Below are positions 39,597 to 53,344 of a DNA stretch of 64,000 bases, piece after piece. Location: contig CM060732.1 in NCBI GenBank assembly GCA_030704615.1, positions 31,992,001-32,056,000 on the forward strand, in the 5' to 3' direction. The translations under genes and the position numbers were made by a program. Under the pieces are notes generated by a model, which saw only the letters and a program-made list of their open reading frames with translations, was not told where the DNA came from and did not search any database. How positions within the stretch are numbered: the stretch's first letter is position 1; every line of letters starts with the position of its first letter. The stretch comes from Takakia lepidozioides (taxonomy: Eukaryota; Plantae; Bryophyta).

Positions 39597-41786
39597 ATGG
39601 TGATGGCCAACGAAGCTCAGGCGACCATGAACGGAAATGCAGCGAAATCCTTGCAATACCATACTGGAACTGATTCTTTTTGTTCTGCAGACGTCCAGCT
39701 TGCGGACCCTCTAAACTGGGCGCGAGCAGCGGCAGCCATGAAAAGCAGCCATTTGGAGGAGGTTAAAGATATGGTGAAAACATTCTACGAGGCAACTGAA
39801 GTAGCCATTGAAGGGGTGACTTTGACGGTAGGTCAGGTGGCAGCCGTGGCCCGCCGACCAGAAGTGAGAGTGGTGCTGGATGCTGCCAATGCAAAGAATC
39901 GAGTAGATGAAAGCTCCAACTGGGTTCTGCAGAAGATCATGAACGGGGGTGATATCTATGGCGTCACAACTGGTTTTGGAGCCACATCTCACCGGCGTAC
40001 ACAGCAAGGAGTGGAGCTCCAGCGAGAGCTAATCAGGTTTCTGAATGCGGGAGTCCTCGGCAAGGGCAACACCCTCCCGACGTGCACCACGCGGGCAGCC
40101 ATGCTTGTGCGCACCAATACATTGATGCAGGGATACTCAGGAATTCGGTGGGAGATTCTGGAAGCCATGGAAAAGCTTCTAAATGCAAATGTCACACCTA
40201 AGTTGCCACTGCGCGGGACCGTTACTGCTTCCGGAGACCTTGTTCCATTGTCTTACATCGCGGGACTGCTTACGAATAGACCCAACTCCAGGGCCGTGAC
40301 CGACGACGGGACGGAGGTGTCTGCCTTGGAAGCTCTGAGACTCGCTGGGGTCGAAAAACCGTTTGAATTGCAGCCGAAGGAAGGCCTGGCCATTGTCAAC
40401 GGAACAGCGGTGGGGTCAGCCTTGGCTTCCACTGTGTGCTTTGATGCCAATGTGATGGTGCTACTGGCTGAAGTTCTTTCTGCGCTGTTCTGTGAAGTAA
40501 TGCAAGGAAAGCCCGAGTTCGCTGACCCGCTGACGCACAAACTAAAGCACCACCCAGGCCAGATGGAGGCGGCTGCGATCATGGAGTGGGTGCTCGATGG
40601 AAGCTCCTACATGAAGGCCGCTGCACAGCTGCATGAGACTGACCCGTTGACGAAACCCAAGCAGGATCGATATGCGCTGCGTACTTCCCCACAATGGCTG
40701 GGCCCGCAGGTGGAGGTAATTCGCAATGCCACCCACGCCATTCAAAGAGAAATCAACTCGGTGAACGATAACCCAATCATCGACGCTGCTGGGGACAGAG
40801 CCCTTCATGGCGGAAACTTCCAGGGAACCCCCATTGGAGTCTCCATGGACAACATGCGGTTGGCCATTGCTGCGATTGGGAAGCTCATGTTTGCACAGTT
40901 CTCTGAGCTGGTCAACGACTACTACAACAATGGGTTGCCCTCAAACCTGAGCGGAGGACCTAACCCCAGCCTGGACTATGGCATGAAGGGAGGGGAGATA
41001 GCCATGGCTTCCTACCTCTCAGAACTGAACTACTTGGCCAACCCAGTGACCACCCACGTACAAAGTGCTGAGCAGCACAACCAGGATGTAAACTCGCTGG
41101 GATTGGTGTCCGCCCGCAAAACTGAGGAATCTATTGAGATTCTTAAGCTCATGAGCTCCACATTCTTGGTAGGGCTGTGCCAGGCCATCGACCTTCGTCA
41201 CATCGAGGAGACAATGCAGGCGACAGTGAAGCAAATTGTTTCCCAGGTTGCCAAGAAGACGCTCTTCACAGGCAGCAACGGTGCACTTTTGCCAGCACGG
41301 TTCTGCGAGAAAGATCTGTTGCGCGTGGTGAATTGCCAACCTGTTTTCAGCTACATCGACGATGCAACTAGTCTATCTTACCCCCTGATGCAAAAGTTGA
41401 GGGAAGTGTTGGTGCAACATGCTCTCCAAAACCCCAAGAACGAGAAATTGGAATCCACCTCTGTGTTCCACAGGATTTCTGCCTTTGAAGAGGAGTTGAC
41501 CACATTCCTGAAGGCTAAGGTACCTCTAGTCCGTGAGGCCTACGATAACAAGGGATACTCCCCGGTACCGAACCGGATTGAGGAGTGCAGAACTTACCCT
41601 CTCTACAAGTTTGTGCGCTCCGAGTTGGGCACGCAGTTGTTGTCAGGGTTGAGAAGTGTGTCTCCGGGGCAAGAGATTGAGAAGGTGTATGAGGCCATCT
41701 CAGAGGGAAAACTAGTGGCTCCTCTCCTCAAGTGTGTTGAAGGATGGACTGGAACTCCCGGGCCTTTTGCCCATGGCAGCTGCTAG
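39597..41786 (+). CDS. PAL: Phenylalanine ammonia-lyase, intronless, 729 aa
   Basis: DPLNW start, YGVTTGFG, the MIO-forming [32 protein letters not shown] and HNQDVNSLG; ELIRFLNAG carries Phe at the selectivity position, which favours PAL over TAL. Confidence 0.98.
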   Translation: MVMANEAQATMNGNAAKSLQYHTGTDSFCSADVQLADPLNWARAAAAMKSSHLEEVKDMVKTFYEATEVAIEGVTLTVGQVAAVARRPEVRVVLDAANAKNRVDESSNWVLQKIMNGGDIYGVTTGFGATSHRRTQQGVELQRELIRFLNAGVLGKGNTLPTCTTRAAMLVRTNTLMQGYSGIRWEILEAMEKLLNANVTPKLPLRGTVTASGDLVPLSYIAGLLTNRPNSRAVTDDGTEVSALEALRLAGVEKPFELQPKEGLAIVNGTAVGSALASTVCFDANVMVLLAEVLSALFCEVMQGKPEFADPLTHKLKHHPGQMEAAAIMEWVLDGSSYMKAAAQLHETDPLTKPKQDRYALRTSPQWLGPQVEVIRNATHAIQREINSVNDNPIIDAAGDRALHGGNFQGTPIGVSMDNMRLAIAAIGKLMFAQFSELVNDYYNNGLPSNLSGGPNPSLDYGMKGGEIAMASYLSELNYLANPVTTHVQSAEQHNQDVNSLGLVSARKTEESIEILKLMSSTFLVGLCQAIDLRHIEETMQATVKQIVSQVAKKTLFTGSNGALLPARFCEKDLLRVVNCQPVFSYIDDATSLSYPLMQKLREVLVQHALQNPKNEKLESTSVFHRISAFEEELTTFLKAKVPLVREAYDNKGYSPVPNRIEECRTYPLYKFVRSELGTQLLSGLRSVSPGQEIEKVYEAISEGKLVAPLLKCVEGWTGTPGPFAHGSC

Positions 41787-43751
41787 ACTTGTAGAACCAG
41801 CTTCCAGCTACACTAGGCCTGCATCCGCTATAATAAGTTACTTGACCGTAGTGGTAGTATAGTCATGTCATGGTTCAAATTCGATGGTCTTGATTCAGAC
41901 CAACTTAGCCGACTAGGTAGTCACTTAAAATCCTTGAACCTCTTCAGATCACAATTCATGTGTACATAATTTTATGGTCTAGAAGGAACCGATCTCATGG
42001 TTCATTTAAAAGAGGACTGAGCTTCATCAAGAGCAATACCATGTAAGTAAGTCACTTCCGCTTGGAAGACATTCAATCACATACTCAATCCCAAGCTCAT
42101 TATGAGACATTCTGCACACTTTCCACAAGTGAATTTTTTTCAGTTAGTTTTTCAGAGGGGAAGTAAGCCTCAAAATTTTATTGATCAGGGGAAAAAACAA
42201 AACCCCAAGGGATCATAAAGCAAACACACCAATAGTGGATGCGGGAGGAACCCAGTAACCAATACGGAGAGAAAAACCATCAAGCAGGATGAAACCAAAT
42301 GTGAGATCATCACAGGAGTGCTTTTCAGTACCAAGAGTTCAGAAGTTCATAAAAACGTCAATGTCAGGTGATGAGGTGAATGCCATTTTCTAGATATACA
42401 ACTTTGGATTGCGTTGGATTTTGAAGATGAATCACCGGAGAGCATGCACATTCCAAAGATAAATACCCATGTTTGTGTTCATATTTCTATGGACTACCTA
42501 TTAGCCGCTTGTTGAGACGTTGCCAGATGTCTTGAAGATATGTATCTTACATTGCATACTGATAATATACCGCAAAAGAAGGCTCCATTAAAGTTGAGAG
42601 GGAGTGAGTCCCTCAGTGCATTCTGTTGCAAGTTGTTTCCCTCTAGAGATCCCTTCCCTTCTTTTTGGGGGAAAGGTCAAGCAGTGAGCTGCCATGGTGC
42701 AATCTACCCATAATCGGGTCTTGATAGTTGTTGCTGTCAAAAAAGTGTTGAGGGAAGTCTTGACGAAGTGATGCCAGTCATTGTCAATTGACAATTTTAG
42801 ACAAACTTCCAACTGCCTAGCTAAACTGGACACTTATTGCTTGGTTTTGTGTACTTTGCAGGTATCCTGAGGAATGGCAAACTTCATAGGCAAGTTATTG
42901 GACCTAATCTGAGAGACTATATTTCAGACTGAATCTGGAAATAAAGATGAAGTTCCCAATCTGCTGTTTGTGAGTTGCCCAGCAATTAGACCCCAACAGG
43001 GCCAGGGCTTTAGGCTCAGCCTCAAGATTTCGACATTGGTGAACAGAGGTACAGGAACAATGTTCTTGTTGTTCCTGAAAAGGATCACTCTCCGGGTGAG
43101 ATTACCCTGTACAACCTGATCTCAGACAACCTATCAGGAAATGGAAATAGTCTGCAGGCTGGCAGTAAATCGGGTAATTCTTCCTCTCTACATCTATTTA
43201 CGGTTCACCACCGCCCTATATCTGGTAGTAGACATGCAATTCAATCGAACCCACCATCTACATGTAGAATGTCCTTTGTAAGACTTTGTTTGCAGTATAG
43301 TCTTGTGGCCATAGACCCCACCCCAGTTTGGACCGTATCAGAGGGAATAGACACTACCTTGGAAGGGATCACTCCAGAAGTTAGAATCACCTTGATATAA
43401 ACAATTAGATTAGTCTGGGTTTCCACATTTCCTCTACAAAGCCCTTCACACAAGCATCAAATCTGCTGTGTGTGAGCAGCCCAAAAGTTAGATCTCAACA
43501 GGGCCAGTGCTTCAGGCGCTGCCTCGAGCTTTTGAAAGGGAGCCCAAGAAAACAAATGCTTGCTGCGTACCTGGCATAATTGATTCAAATGTACAACTGT
43601 AGACGAGTTTTGATTTTCTTCCTTTTCCAGTGCACACCCCCCCACCCCCCTTGCCTCGTTCCCCACATGCCCTCACCCTCACCAACTCCACCTCTTGTGG
43701 AAGTGGAGAGGTTAACCAAAAATATTGTAAACTACGAAGATGTTTCCATCC

Positions 43752-43895
43752 TTAGGTAACCATTGGGGTACCTTGCTCGTTTTCAACGACTGAAGGTGCC
43801 ATTACCTTTCTTGGCTTAGAAAGCTTGGTCACAACCTCCATCCTCACAGGCTCTTCAATGCCTCTGATGTCCAATATTCTAAGCCTTGTCAGCTC
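43752..43895 (-). pseudogene. RPL21: Terminal exon of an organellar ribosomal protein L21 gene
   Basis: AG|ELTRLRILDIRGIEEPVRMEVVTKLSKPRK...*; ELTRLRILDI is the bL21 C-terminal motif that follows GHRQ. Confidence 0.7.
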
Positions 43896-44141
43896 CTGCA
43901 TCAAGCACCATAGAACTTTCAAATACAACCAAGAAGACAGGAAATCCAGTTACATTAGATGTCCAATATTCTAAGCCTTGTCAGCTCCTGCATCAAACAC
44001 CATAGAACTTTCAAATGCAACCAAGAAGACAGGAAATCCAGTTACATTAGATGTCCAATATTCTAAGCCTTGTCAGCTCCTGCATCAAGCACCATAGAAC
44101 TTTCAAATGCAACCAAGACGACAGGAAATCCAGTTACATTA
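43866..44141. repeat. Tandem repeat, 3 x 92 bp, spanning the RPL21 intron/exon junction
   Basis: Unit gatgtccaatattctaagcc...ccagttacatta starts at 43866, 43958 and 44050. Confidence 0.95.
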
Positions 44142-45771
44142 TTGACTGTTGATATTGTGGATAAACATTAGCTTTGGTGTGAATTCACTAGAACTATCTT
44201 GTGTGCATTTGCAGTCACTGTTCAACTCAGGCAACTCATGGTTTTTTCAGTCATCATCTCACCATGAAACCCCCACCATTTCCTCTTACCAAGCAGCTCT
44301 CCATCACTTTCTATCTCTGTTTTCTCTTATCACTGATGTACAGTTCTGAACACAAATCACTAAGAGATCAAAGGCACACAACACTGGACTTTATCTGCAG
44401 TCAACTCATGGTGTTTCCTTTCATTCACTTCATGCCTCCCTCTTTCCCATTTTACTGAGCAACTCTACCATCCATCCCTTTTCTCTTCTCACAGCAAGCC
44501 AGCAAAGTGTATAACTCCTTGTGCAATTTTACTACATGCCAATGCAGAGTGCCAGAGTCAGATTATCCAGTTGGTGGTATCCTGCAGATGTCATCACAGG
44601 AGTTTGGGAAGTACACATTCTAATACTAACACAAGGCAAGCCCTCTCTCTCTTTCGTCATGACACTGATAGCCTATCATTCTCATTCTTATGCTATGTTC
44701 CAATGTGAAGTATCAGCAGACTATTCACTTCTACACAAACAGAGATCAAAAACCTAATTCCAGCAATTTAGGTCTCCATCCCCCTTCTCTCCTCGTATCA
44801 CTCTGTTGTACCCACTTCTCAGTTGCAGACCAATCTGTCTATCATGAACCTCTTTATCCTCCAATCCCTAAAATCCTAAGTAAACAGCTCATATTCTTCC
44901 TCTCTCATTCAAAGAAACACCCAGGCAGTATGACCTCCCTTCCTATGTTTACAAACTAGGTAACACTGATTTCTATAAGTAAAATCACCACCCCTTAAAC
45001 CCTATAGCAGCATTGAGTCCAGACTCACAATGCTGGAACCAGAACAACAAGAGCAACGTCAAAAACAGCAATTCCAAGATGCCCAGGCTACTACACTGCC
45101 CCCAATGGAGAATTGCATCACCTCACTCTCCCTCGACACATTCCTAAATCCATGTCGTACCTCATCCCATTTTTCAAAAAGCTTTCTTTCGCTCAAGTCT
45201 GGTGTAAAGCTACAATCGTAGAGCAACATTACATGTAATCAGAAGAAGAGAATCTCATTGCACTTCACTCTCTTATACCCCACTCAGGCGGTCGAGCTCC
45301 ACTGGCTACAATTCACCCACATCCTCTGTCAGCATCTCTTGACGCCCGCAATCTCTGCTCGGTCGGCGCTCTCCCAAATAGGAAACATCAAGGCCTGGCC
45401 AGTGGCCTTTCACCGCCCTCCTTTGCTATCCTATCTCTTAGTGAGCAAGACATCAAGTGTCATAAACACTACGGCTGCACCACACTTCTCCTGGCCTCAC
45501 AAGCTTAACCCCCCCATTGCTGTTGCTCTCATTCGGCGCACCCCTGATCAGGAATCATCAAGGCTCGCCTTTGAACTCCTCACCGCCCTCAACTATCCTA
45601 TCCTCCAGCACGCCATGCTCCCACAACTCATAAGCCTTTGACAGCAGTACTGGCAGCAGCACCGTTAACCATGCTGCCTCACTAACCATTCTTGTCTTGT
45701 GACTTTACTGCTTCTAAATCGGGCCATGAATCAAAGTTCACAATCATGAAACAGATCGCGCACACAGGTCT

Positions 45772-45965
45772 CAAGTCAGCACACACTCGTAGATTCTTGA
45801 CAACGTGTATAGGTGTCCTAGGGGGTGTCCTCATGAGCCCAAAAGCAATGGCCAGCTTCTCACTGTGGTGGCAAAGAGAGACTTCCTTTTGCTCCTCCTC
45901 CACATCATGCAATACAAAGCTTGTGTCGGGCGCATACCCAGCCTCCTTCATCTGTCCAGACAATC
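45772..45965 (-). pseudogene. Fragment of a PPR-DYW deaminase domain
   Basis: [60 protein letters not shown], truncated inside CxxC, with no PPR repeats upstream. Confidence 0.9.
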
Positions 45966-46559
45966 TTTCTGGGTGAAACATGACTGTTTCAAGAAAGGTA
46001 GCTCTTTATAAGAACCCCAGTAAACACTGGACATGATATCGATTGGCAGAGACACACATATATAAGGGACATGGTATCATGCCAGGCCAGCCCTATAAAG
46101 TTACACCTAGCTCCTTAAGTAAGAGTTTCCTTTTCTTAAGAAAACTATTTGAGGTGTTCAGAACATATAAATATGCCTCAAGAACATTGCAGTCAGACCT
46201 GAGCGCTTGTAATCCTGAAGCTGCATATGTATAGAGACCAACACAATATGGAAAAACAGAGCGTTGTCATAAATACCCCACAGCAATCGGTCACCTCCAA
46301 TACTTTGCTTCTCATGTGTTTGAAACTTTCTCTATCGTACAATTTACTCCTACCATCCTTCAGAATGTCATTCTGCTTTGTATCTTGCATCCAACCCTGA
46401 GAAAAAATAGTGGACAATTGAACTGATAACCTCAGATCTGGTGACGGCTGCTGGAAAACTTCTAATTAGTAGGGGCTGCTCCAATTCAGCCGTGTCTACA
46501 AGCACATGTGATGGCCCACTAATATGCCACTTCCTGAATATGGTTGGAACACAATTGAC

Positions 46560-47142
46560 TTATGTGGTAAAAGACTCGCCACAGCCACATTGCCCCTTCG
46601 AGTTGGGGTTGATGAAGATGAATTCAGACCTACATTAATCAATCATGCATGGGTTAAACATAGACAACAAATGTTACCACAGCGAATTTAAAAGCACTCG
46701 TTCTATGCAGACCATTGCTGAAAAAAACCAACTGAAAAGGGGTGCAAGGGGCCTCAGAGGAGCTTCGACAGAATGAAAGATATTCTACTCCAGGGGTCCT
46801 ACAGAAATACATGAGGAGAGACAGAAAGATACAGACTTGAGAAAACTACACGGGCTCTTGTAAAAGACAGATGCACTCATTAACCTATTGCGTTTCACCA
46901 TGGTGACCATAAACCCTAATTGGGTTTGTCTTAAGAAAACAGCCAGCACCCCATAAAGCAGTAGCCTTGTGCTTATGTCACCATTACACCATCTATTGCA
47001 CTTCTTCCTCCCTCAAAAGCTGGGTAGACGATCCATCCCTTTGCGCTTGAGTTTGAGTTCTGCACTCACAGTATCACCTCTCTGCATATACTGGCTTAAA
47101 AAGGCCTGTGTGCTAGCAGAGGTTTTTTTCTGATTTGATGTT

Positions 47143-47189
<47 letters not shown>

Positions 47190-47745
47190 TGTACTTTAGG
47201 CGATCTTCCACGAAGTCCATCTTGGTCCCAATCACATGCATCAACGCTCGGGGGTCAATCAACACTTTAACGCCTTTGTCTTCCACTATTTCATCAAATT
47301 TTCCCCGTGCATCTGCCAATCAACCCCATAAATCATGGCGCCTATTGGCCAAACTGCTCGCGACACCATAATCAAAGATTTCCCTGAAAAATCTAATTAT
47401 TGCTGTTCCGACACAGAATTGTGGTGGAATGATACGCTTGCACTAGACATGAATCTGGTAAATTGTGAGTTAGCTCCCTCCCAATTTCCTCTCTCTTTGT
47501 TCTCTGATCTTGCACGAAAGGAGTATAGTTATAAAGAAAGGGCAATATAGGTTGATACCAGCGTAGTTCAGAGTGTAGGTGAGGCCATTGCAACCACGAA
47601 CTTTGACGCCCAAGCGCAGAAATTCTTTCTGCCTCGCATCTAGAAGTTGCCGGATCCGGTTGGCCGCAGCATCTGAGAGAGAGAGCGCTTGACGTCTGAC
47701 AGCAGCCGTCTTCCCCCCAGACTTCGCTAACGCAGAAGCACACAT
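46560..47745 (-). CDS. ISCA1: Iron-sulfur assembly protein IscA-like 1 (mitochondrial), 3 exons, 124 aa
   Basis: Exons 47745-47559, 47312-47195 and 46629-46560 sum to 375 nt in frame; motifs LRLGVKVRGCNGLTY, IGTKMDF and NPNSKGQCGCGESF. Confidence 0.92.
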
Positions 47746-48097
47746 CGCTAACGGTAAAGTAAGCCTTGCAAATTGAAACAAAACCATGAAACCAGAGTCC
47801 ACTGGAGCGATGCAGGGCTGCAATGAGAAAATCTTCAGAGCACCATGGACTGGGCCGAACCCTGTCCTTTTCGGGGTAAGGTGCCTAACTATGTTATTGC
47901 TACGGGAGCATCACCTTTTAATAAGATACTATTTTACGAGCCTTTCTCTGTATAGTAGCAGTATTTTCCGGAATATCATACACGGGGAGGGACACGACGC
48001 CGAGGCCGTCTGGTTCATGTCACCCCGCCAGATATCCTACTTAGTCTTGTCTGCGGATTGTCTTACTTGTGAAGTATCACCGTGCTCTTGGTTGCAG

Positions 48098-48172
48098 GCA
48101 TTAGATGAGAGAGTCATAATTTTCAAGAAGAAGCGGCGAAAAGACTATCGGCGTACAACTGGTCACCGCCAA
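48098..48172 (+). pseudogene. RPL21: Penultimate exon of an organellar ribosomal protein L21 gene
   Basis: AG|ALDERVIIFKKKRRKDYRRTTGHRQ|GT, the bL21 signature. Confidence 0.85.
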
Positions 48173-49327
48173 GTCAGGCTTCTACTAGTCTGGGCTTTCT
48201 GTGGATGTTATAGAATTCCTTTCTAATGTGATGTTTAAGTTTCTTTTGTGGTTGTATTTTGTCGCTTATGAGCCTCCCGTCAATGTGAGAAACTTTTTTC
48301 CCTCTTTTTGTTAGTGCTGGAGCCCCATGTCATGCTTTAATCATGATGTGCCAGTCATTGTCAATGCTAACTGTGGATTGTGCCCTGCAAGTATTAGAAG
48401 GTGGATATCACCTCATGGGTGCATGGCTAACCTAACTCTGTGGTGATCTATGTGGTGATACATCAGGAAGAAACACCCTGGCATATGTTGTGACCTGCTC
48501 TAAAAAAAACACAATAAGTACTTAGATAATGAGTCCCAGCCATGTCCATGTCTTCTCTTCCGCTGCGGCTTAGATAAAGTCTCTAGTCATAAATGAATTT
48601 ACAATGAACAGAATTGTACCCGAATTGCGGCCAGTCCATAGGAGGGCTCGGAAAAGATTCCAAAACTGGTTCTTTTATACTCACGGACTTTCGTTTTGGG
48701 ACTTGTCCAAAGAATCTTATGCTTCATTCGCACCCTCGCATTCCCATTTCCGTCGATGGCTTTTCCAAAGTGATGCGAGGGGATATAGTGCAGAGATGTC
48801 CTACTAAGCATCAGCCTAGTCACGGACAAAACGATAGCAGAGATCTTAAGAGGATATCCAGGAATATCTGAAAGATTGTCTGTGAGGGAATAAATGTCGA
48901 AGCCATGACTTTGAGAGAAAAGCGTGGGTCTGGGAAACTGATAGAGAAACACAAAGATACACATACAGGCATAGGAAAATACTTTGTGCGGGCCAGGAAA
49001 GATGAGAAGCAGAAAGGGTTGTAGTTCTCACTTCTCACCCGACATGTGACTTACTGCAAGTTAGTCTATGTGTGTGGCTCTTGTTTGACAGAACAATGAG
49101 GATTTGGGGTTAGCATGGAGAGGAGTAAGGACATTGAGTTGGATGAGGAGCCTGGTGGTGCAACTATTTCTTGGATGGGTTCAAAGTGCACGGTCTGGGT
49201 TGCAGCAAAAACTATCTTCTGCTCTCGTAGGGATGGCAGCCTGCTCCGGGGTTCTCCTTAGTGCGCATATGGACCCCATAGCCAAGGCCCTATCTTTTCG
49301 TCTCGATCATGCGATAGCCCTCACATC

Positions 49328-52300
49328 ATGCAGCAGCTATTCGCAGACAAGAAAGATGGGACGATGTGGATGTGTGTTGATTACAGGGCTCTGAATAAGG
49401 TGACTATAAAAAACCGGTACCCTTTGCCAAGGATCGACGACCTCTTCGATCGGTTGGCAGAAGCAAAGTATTTCAGCCGAATCGATTTGTGCTCGGGTTA
49501 CCATCAAATCCGAGTGGCGGAAGGAGATGAGGAGAACACCGCATGCAGGACAAGATATGGTTCATATGAGTTTTTGGTGATGTCTTTTGGGCTCACCAAT
49601 GCACTCGCGACCTCCAGTACACAGTTGGGTGACTGACCTCTCTTTTCACCTTGTCCTTATGTTGGGTAGCAAGAAATTGAACAGCCTTTTCCATGAGTGG
49701 TTGGATGACTTTGTGATCGTATACATCGACGACATCTTGGTGTACTCGAAAACAAAGGAAGAGCACATGGAGCACCTCAAAAGGATGTTCCAGAAATTGC
49801 GGGTATGGAAGCTGTATGCCAAAGCTTCAGTGCGAATTCGGGGTCACAAAAGTGGAGTTCCTAGGGCATGTGATTACACAGGACGGGATCAAAATGGATG
49901 ACAGAAAGGTGAGGGCGATCTTGGACTGGGAGCCTCCGACTTCAGTCCTGGGAGTGCGATCCTTCCTAGGACTCACCACCTATTACTGAAAGTATGTGAG
50001 AAATTTTGCCAAGATCACGGGGCCGTTGTCAGACCTTCTGTATAAGTCCAAGGTATGGGTATGGAACACCTTTTGTGGCCAAGCTTTTGCCAAGTTGAAG
50101 CAGCGGATAGCGGAAGCTCCAGTCCTGAAAATCCCAGAGTTTGACCGTCCATTTGAGATTCATACAGATGCGTCAGACTTCGCAAATGGGGGTGTACTCA
50201 TGCAGGATGGACGTCCAGTAACTTACGAAAGTAAGAAACTGAATAAAGTGGAGCAATGGTGGCCTACGCACGAGAAAGAAATGAAGGCGGTGGTGCATTG
50301 CCTTGAGCTTTGGCGCCACTATGTTGGTTCCAACCCGGTGAAGGTGTTAACGGACAATGTCACGGTAAAGTATTTTGCCACATCCTAAGTTGTCCCCAAA
50401 ACAACTTAGGTGGCAAGACACTTTGGCAGTGTTCGATGTGGATATCCAGTACAAACCGGGACGGGACAATGTGGTGGCCGATGCCTTAAGTAGAAAGCAG
50501 CAGCTCATGTTGGTGTACAGGGGCGAGACGGCGCTCCAAAGGAAGATCCGGAAGGTTTACCGAAATGATAAGATGGCGAAGGCTGTGATGCGGGACTTGA
50601 GGTTGGGGGTTAAATCGTAATTCCACTTGCACAATGGACTGCTCCGGTACAAGCAAAAGCTTCTCTACGTGCCGAAGGGAGGGATCAGAGATAGTCTCTT
50701 TAGATAAGTCACGATGGCCCGCTTGCGGGCCATGGCGGAGCCAAGTGCACCGCGGCACTCTTGAAGAAAGAGTATTTCTGGCCCAAACTGAGGGAGGAGG
50801 CCGAACAATATGTCAAGACATGCACCACATGCCAACAAAACCGGAGCGAGTACAAAAAGCAAGCGGGGCTGTTACAACCCTTGCCGATTCCATAAGGGAC
50901 TTGGAAAGCGTCTCGATGGATTTCATGACTGCTATGCCGCTGTCAAAAGGATTCGATGCAATCATGGTGGTGGTGGATAGGTTCAGTAAAATGGGCCATT
51001 TCAGCCCCACCAAGGAGACGGCAACGGCGCATGAGACATGGCGACTTTACTTCGCCCACGTCTTAAAGCATCATGGAGTCCCGAAGGATATTGTCTCGGA
51101 CCGCGATCCAAAGTTTACGAGTAAATTTTGGATGACACTTTGGAAGAAGATGGGGACGAGGCTGAAGATAAGCACCGCCTTCCGACCTACGACCGACGGC
51201 CAAACGGAAAGAGTGAATTCCGTAGTGAAGCAGATCTTGCGGAATTACGTGTCGGCAGACCAATCAGACTGGGTGGAACACTTAGACGCGACAGAGTTCT
51301 GTTATAATAACACGGAACACTCCGCAACGGGAGTTTCCCCTTTCGTATTGGTCTATGGAAAAGCTCCTCTGGTGCCAACAAGTTGGGCCGCCCAGGACGT
51401 TGAAGAACCGGCAGTAGCGGCGGTACTAGAAGAACGCGAGCGTTTGTTGAAGCTCGCAAAGTACAACATTGCCAAAGCTAGGAAACGGTATGAAAGGTAG
51501 GCGAATCGGAAGCGGAGGGAAGTGAAGTTTGAGGTAGGCACGGAGGTCTGGTTGAACATCAAGAATTTCCGACTACCTCCGGAAGTGCGTCCGAAGTTCG
51601 TACCTCCGTATGCGGGACCCTTTCGCATCCGGAAGGTTATGAATGAGGATGTGTATGAATTGGAGCTGCCGGAAAACAGCAAGGTGCATCCAGTATTCCA
51701 CGTCTCCCTTTTCAAGCCTTACTTCAAAGATGAAGCGCGTCCGAATCGGCATCAAGTGTTACGTCCACCACCCGTGCTGTTGGATCATGAAAATGAACCT
51801 GAGTACGAGGTGGAGGCAGTGCTTAAGTCGAGGAGGTTCAAGAACCGAGAAACGGAGTATCTCGTGAAATGGAAGGGCTATCATCATGTGGAGGCATCTT
51901 GGGTGCGTGCCTCAGAAATGGAAAACGCATCCGAGGCGGTTGAAGCGTTCGAAGGGCGACCTCAAAAGCGGAAGAAGCGTTGATGGGGACATCAACCTTG
52001 GAGCGTGGGGGAGGAAATGCATGCTTAGCCTGGCTTAGCTAGCTCAAGAATCCGATTGCAAAAACTTGTATTGTACAAAAATTTGTTATAAAAGAAATGG
52101 GTTCCAAATGTTGTGCGTCCCATTTTGTTTGGAATGGTGATGCATGGTGTGGTTGGCTAGTGTGTAGAATGCATGCTAGCTTACAAAAGTGGGAGAGGTA
52201 AATTGGGTTAATCGTGTGTTTGCGCAGTGCCGAAATCGGGTGACTCCCATCCAAGGGGCAAGGAAACTTGCGCCTTCTTTAGGAGTTCACGTGCTAGTGC

Positions 52301-53344
52301 GCACCTGGCGTGTGCACGTACTATAACTGCGCTACTGAGGGGGTTGTCTTGTAGTGTGGGCTAACGCGGAAGCTACGTGCTTCCATTCACGTACTATAAT
52401 CGTGTAACCTCGGGACGAAGTCGTAGTGCGGCTTTGGCGTGTTCCCGTACCTCAGGCCAGCATTCCAAGGCGGACCCAATTGTAGTGATTGGGGCGCACG
52501 GTTGGTTCAAGGTTATCGTCCCAGCCAAAGAGGGTTCGAGGTGAACCCTTGCTCAAGGTGATGCCAAAAGCGGCATCATGAGCGGTCGCAAGCAATGTTG
52601 TTGCAGTAAGGCGATTCGATCCTCGGGAGGATCGTTCCTTGGCCTTGAAGTAGGCCAAGAAGAGTGCACTGGGAGGAGCTTGAGAGGCTTCACCCTTGGC
52701 CGGGACTTGGAGGAAGTCGGCCGAACTAGCTAGTGGAGAGTAGAGTCAAGTGTGGGGTTTGGTTCTTTGCCATGGGACGCCATGGTACGGAAACAAACTC
52801 CTTGATGTGGGACGCCACAACTTGGATGTTCGTTTCTCCAAAATGGACAAGCCGATGAGGACATCGACTCCCTGTTGGTAGGGGTGTGTGTCGCGGCCCT
52901 TTGCCTTGAGGGCAGGGGGTCGGGACACAAGAGGGGCTGCCCCTGTGGTAGGGGCAGTGGCAGCGATAGGTATGGGGGGGCTGAAGCACCCTTGAGTGCC
53001 CAATGCACTCAAGGAAGCGGAGGCGCTCACTAGGTGGAGCCCCGCACACCGGGTTGCGGTGGGGGTGGCTCCACAAGGGGTGGTGGTAGCTTAGCGGGAC
53101 TTCACCCTGGGGCGGAGACCTCGTGGTAGGAGTCGTGGGGAGTCTTGGGACTCATCACGGTCCATAGGGGCCGTGGTGGGTGGGCCAAGACTCACCGCGA
53201 CTCATCACCGGGAGTCGAGGGTGTTCGTGGTGGTTCGCCATAAAATGTCATGGTTGTTTGTGAAACCCCGGACAGCTACAGAAGTATATATAGGGAGTAG
53301 TAACCCTGAGAATGGTGCAAGCCCGTTGGTGACCAAAAACTAGT
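49328..53344 (+). mobile_element. Truncated Ty3/gypsy chromovirus (RT-RNase H-integrase-chromodomain, partial 3' LTR)
   Basis: [35 protein letters not shown] and chromodomain YEVEAVL..YLVKWKGY, with many stops and frameshifts. The LTR starts tgtcgcgg at 52889 and is cut at ~53344. Same family as 56573-63082. Confidence 0.93.

Noticed and set aside
39711-41371. Antisense and alternate-frame ORFs within PAL (similar short ORFs occur in LTRs and the satellite)
   Set aside because: These are shadows of real coding frames or repeats, with no independent motifs.
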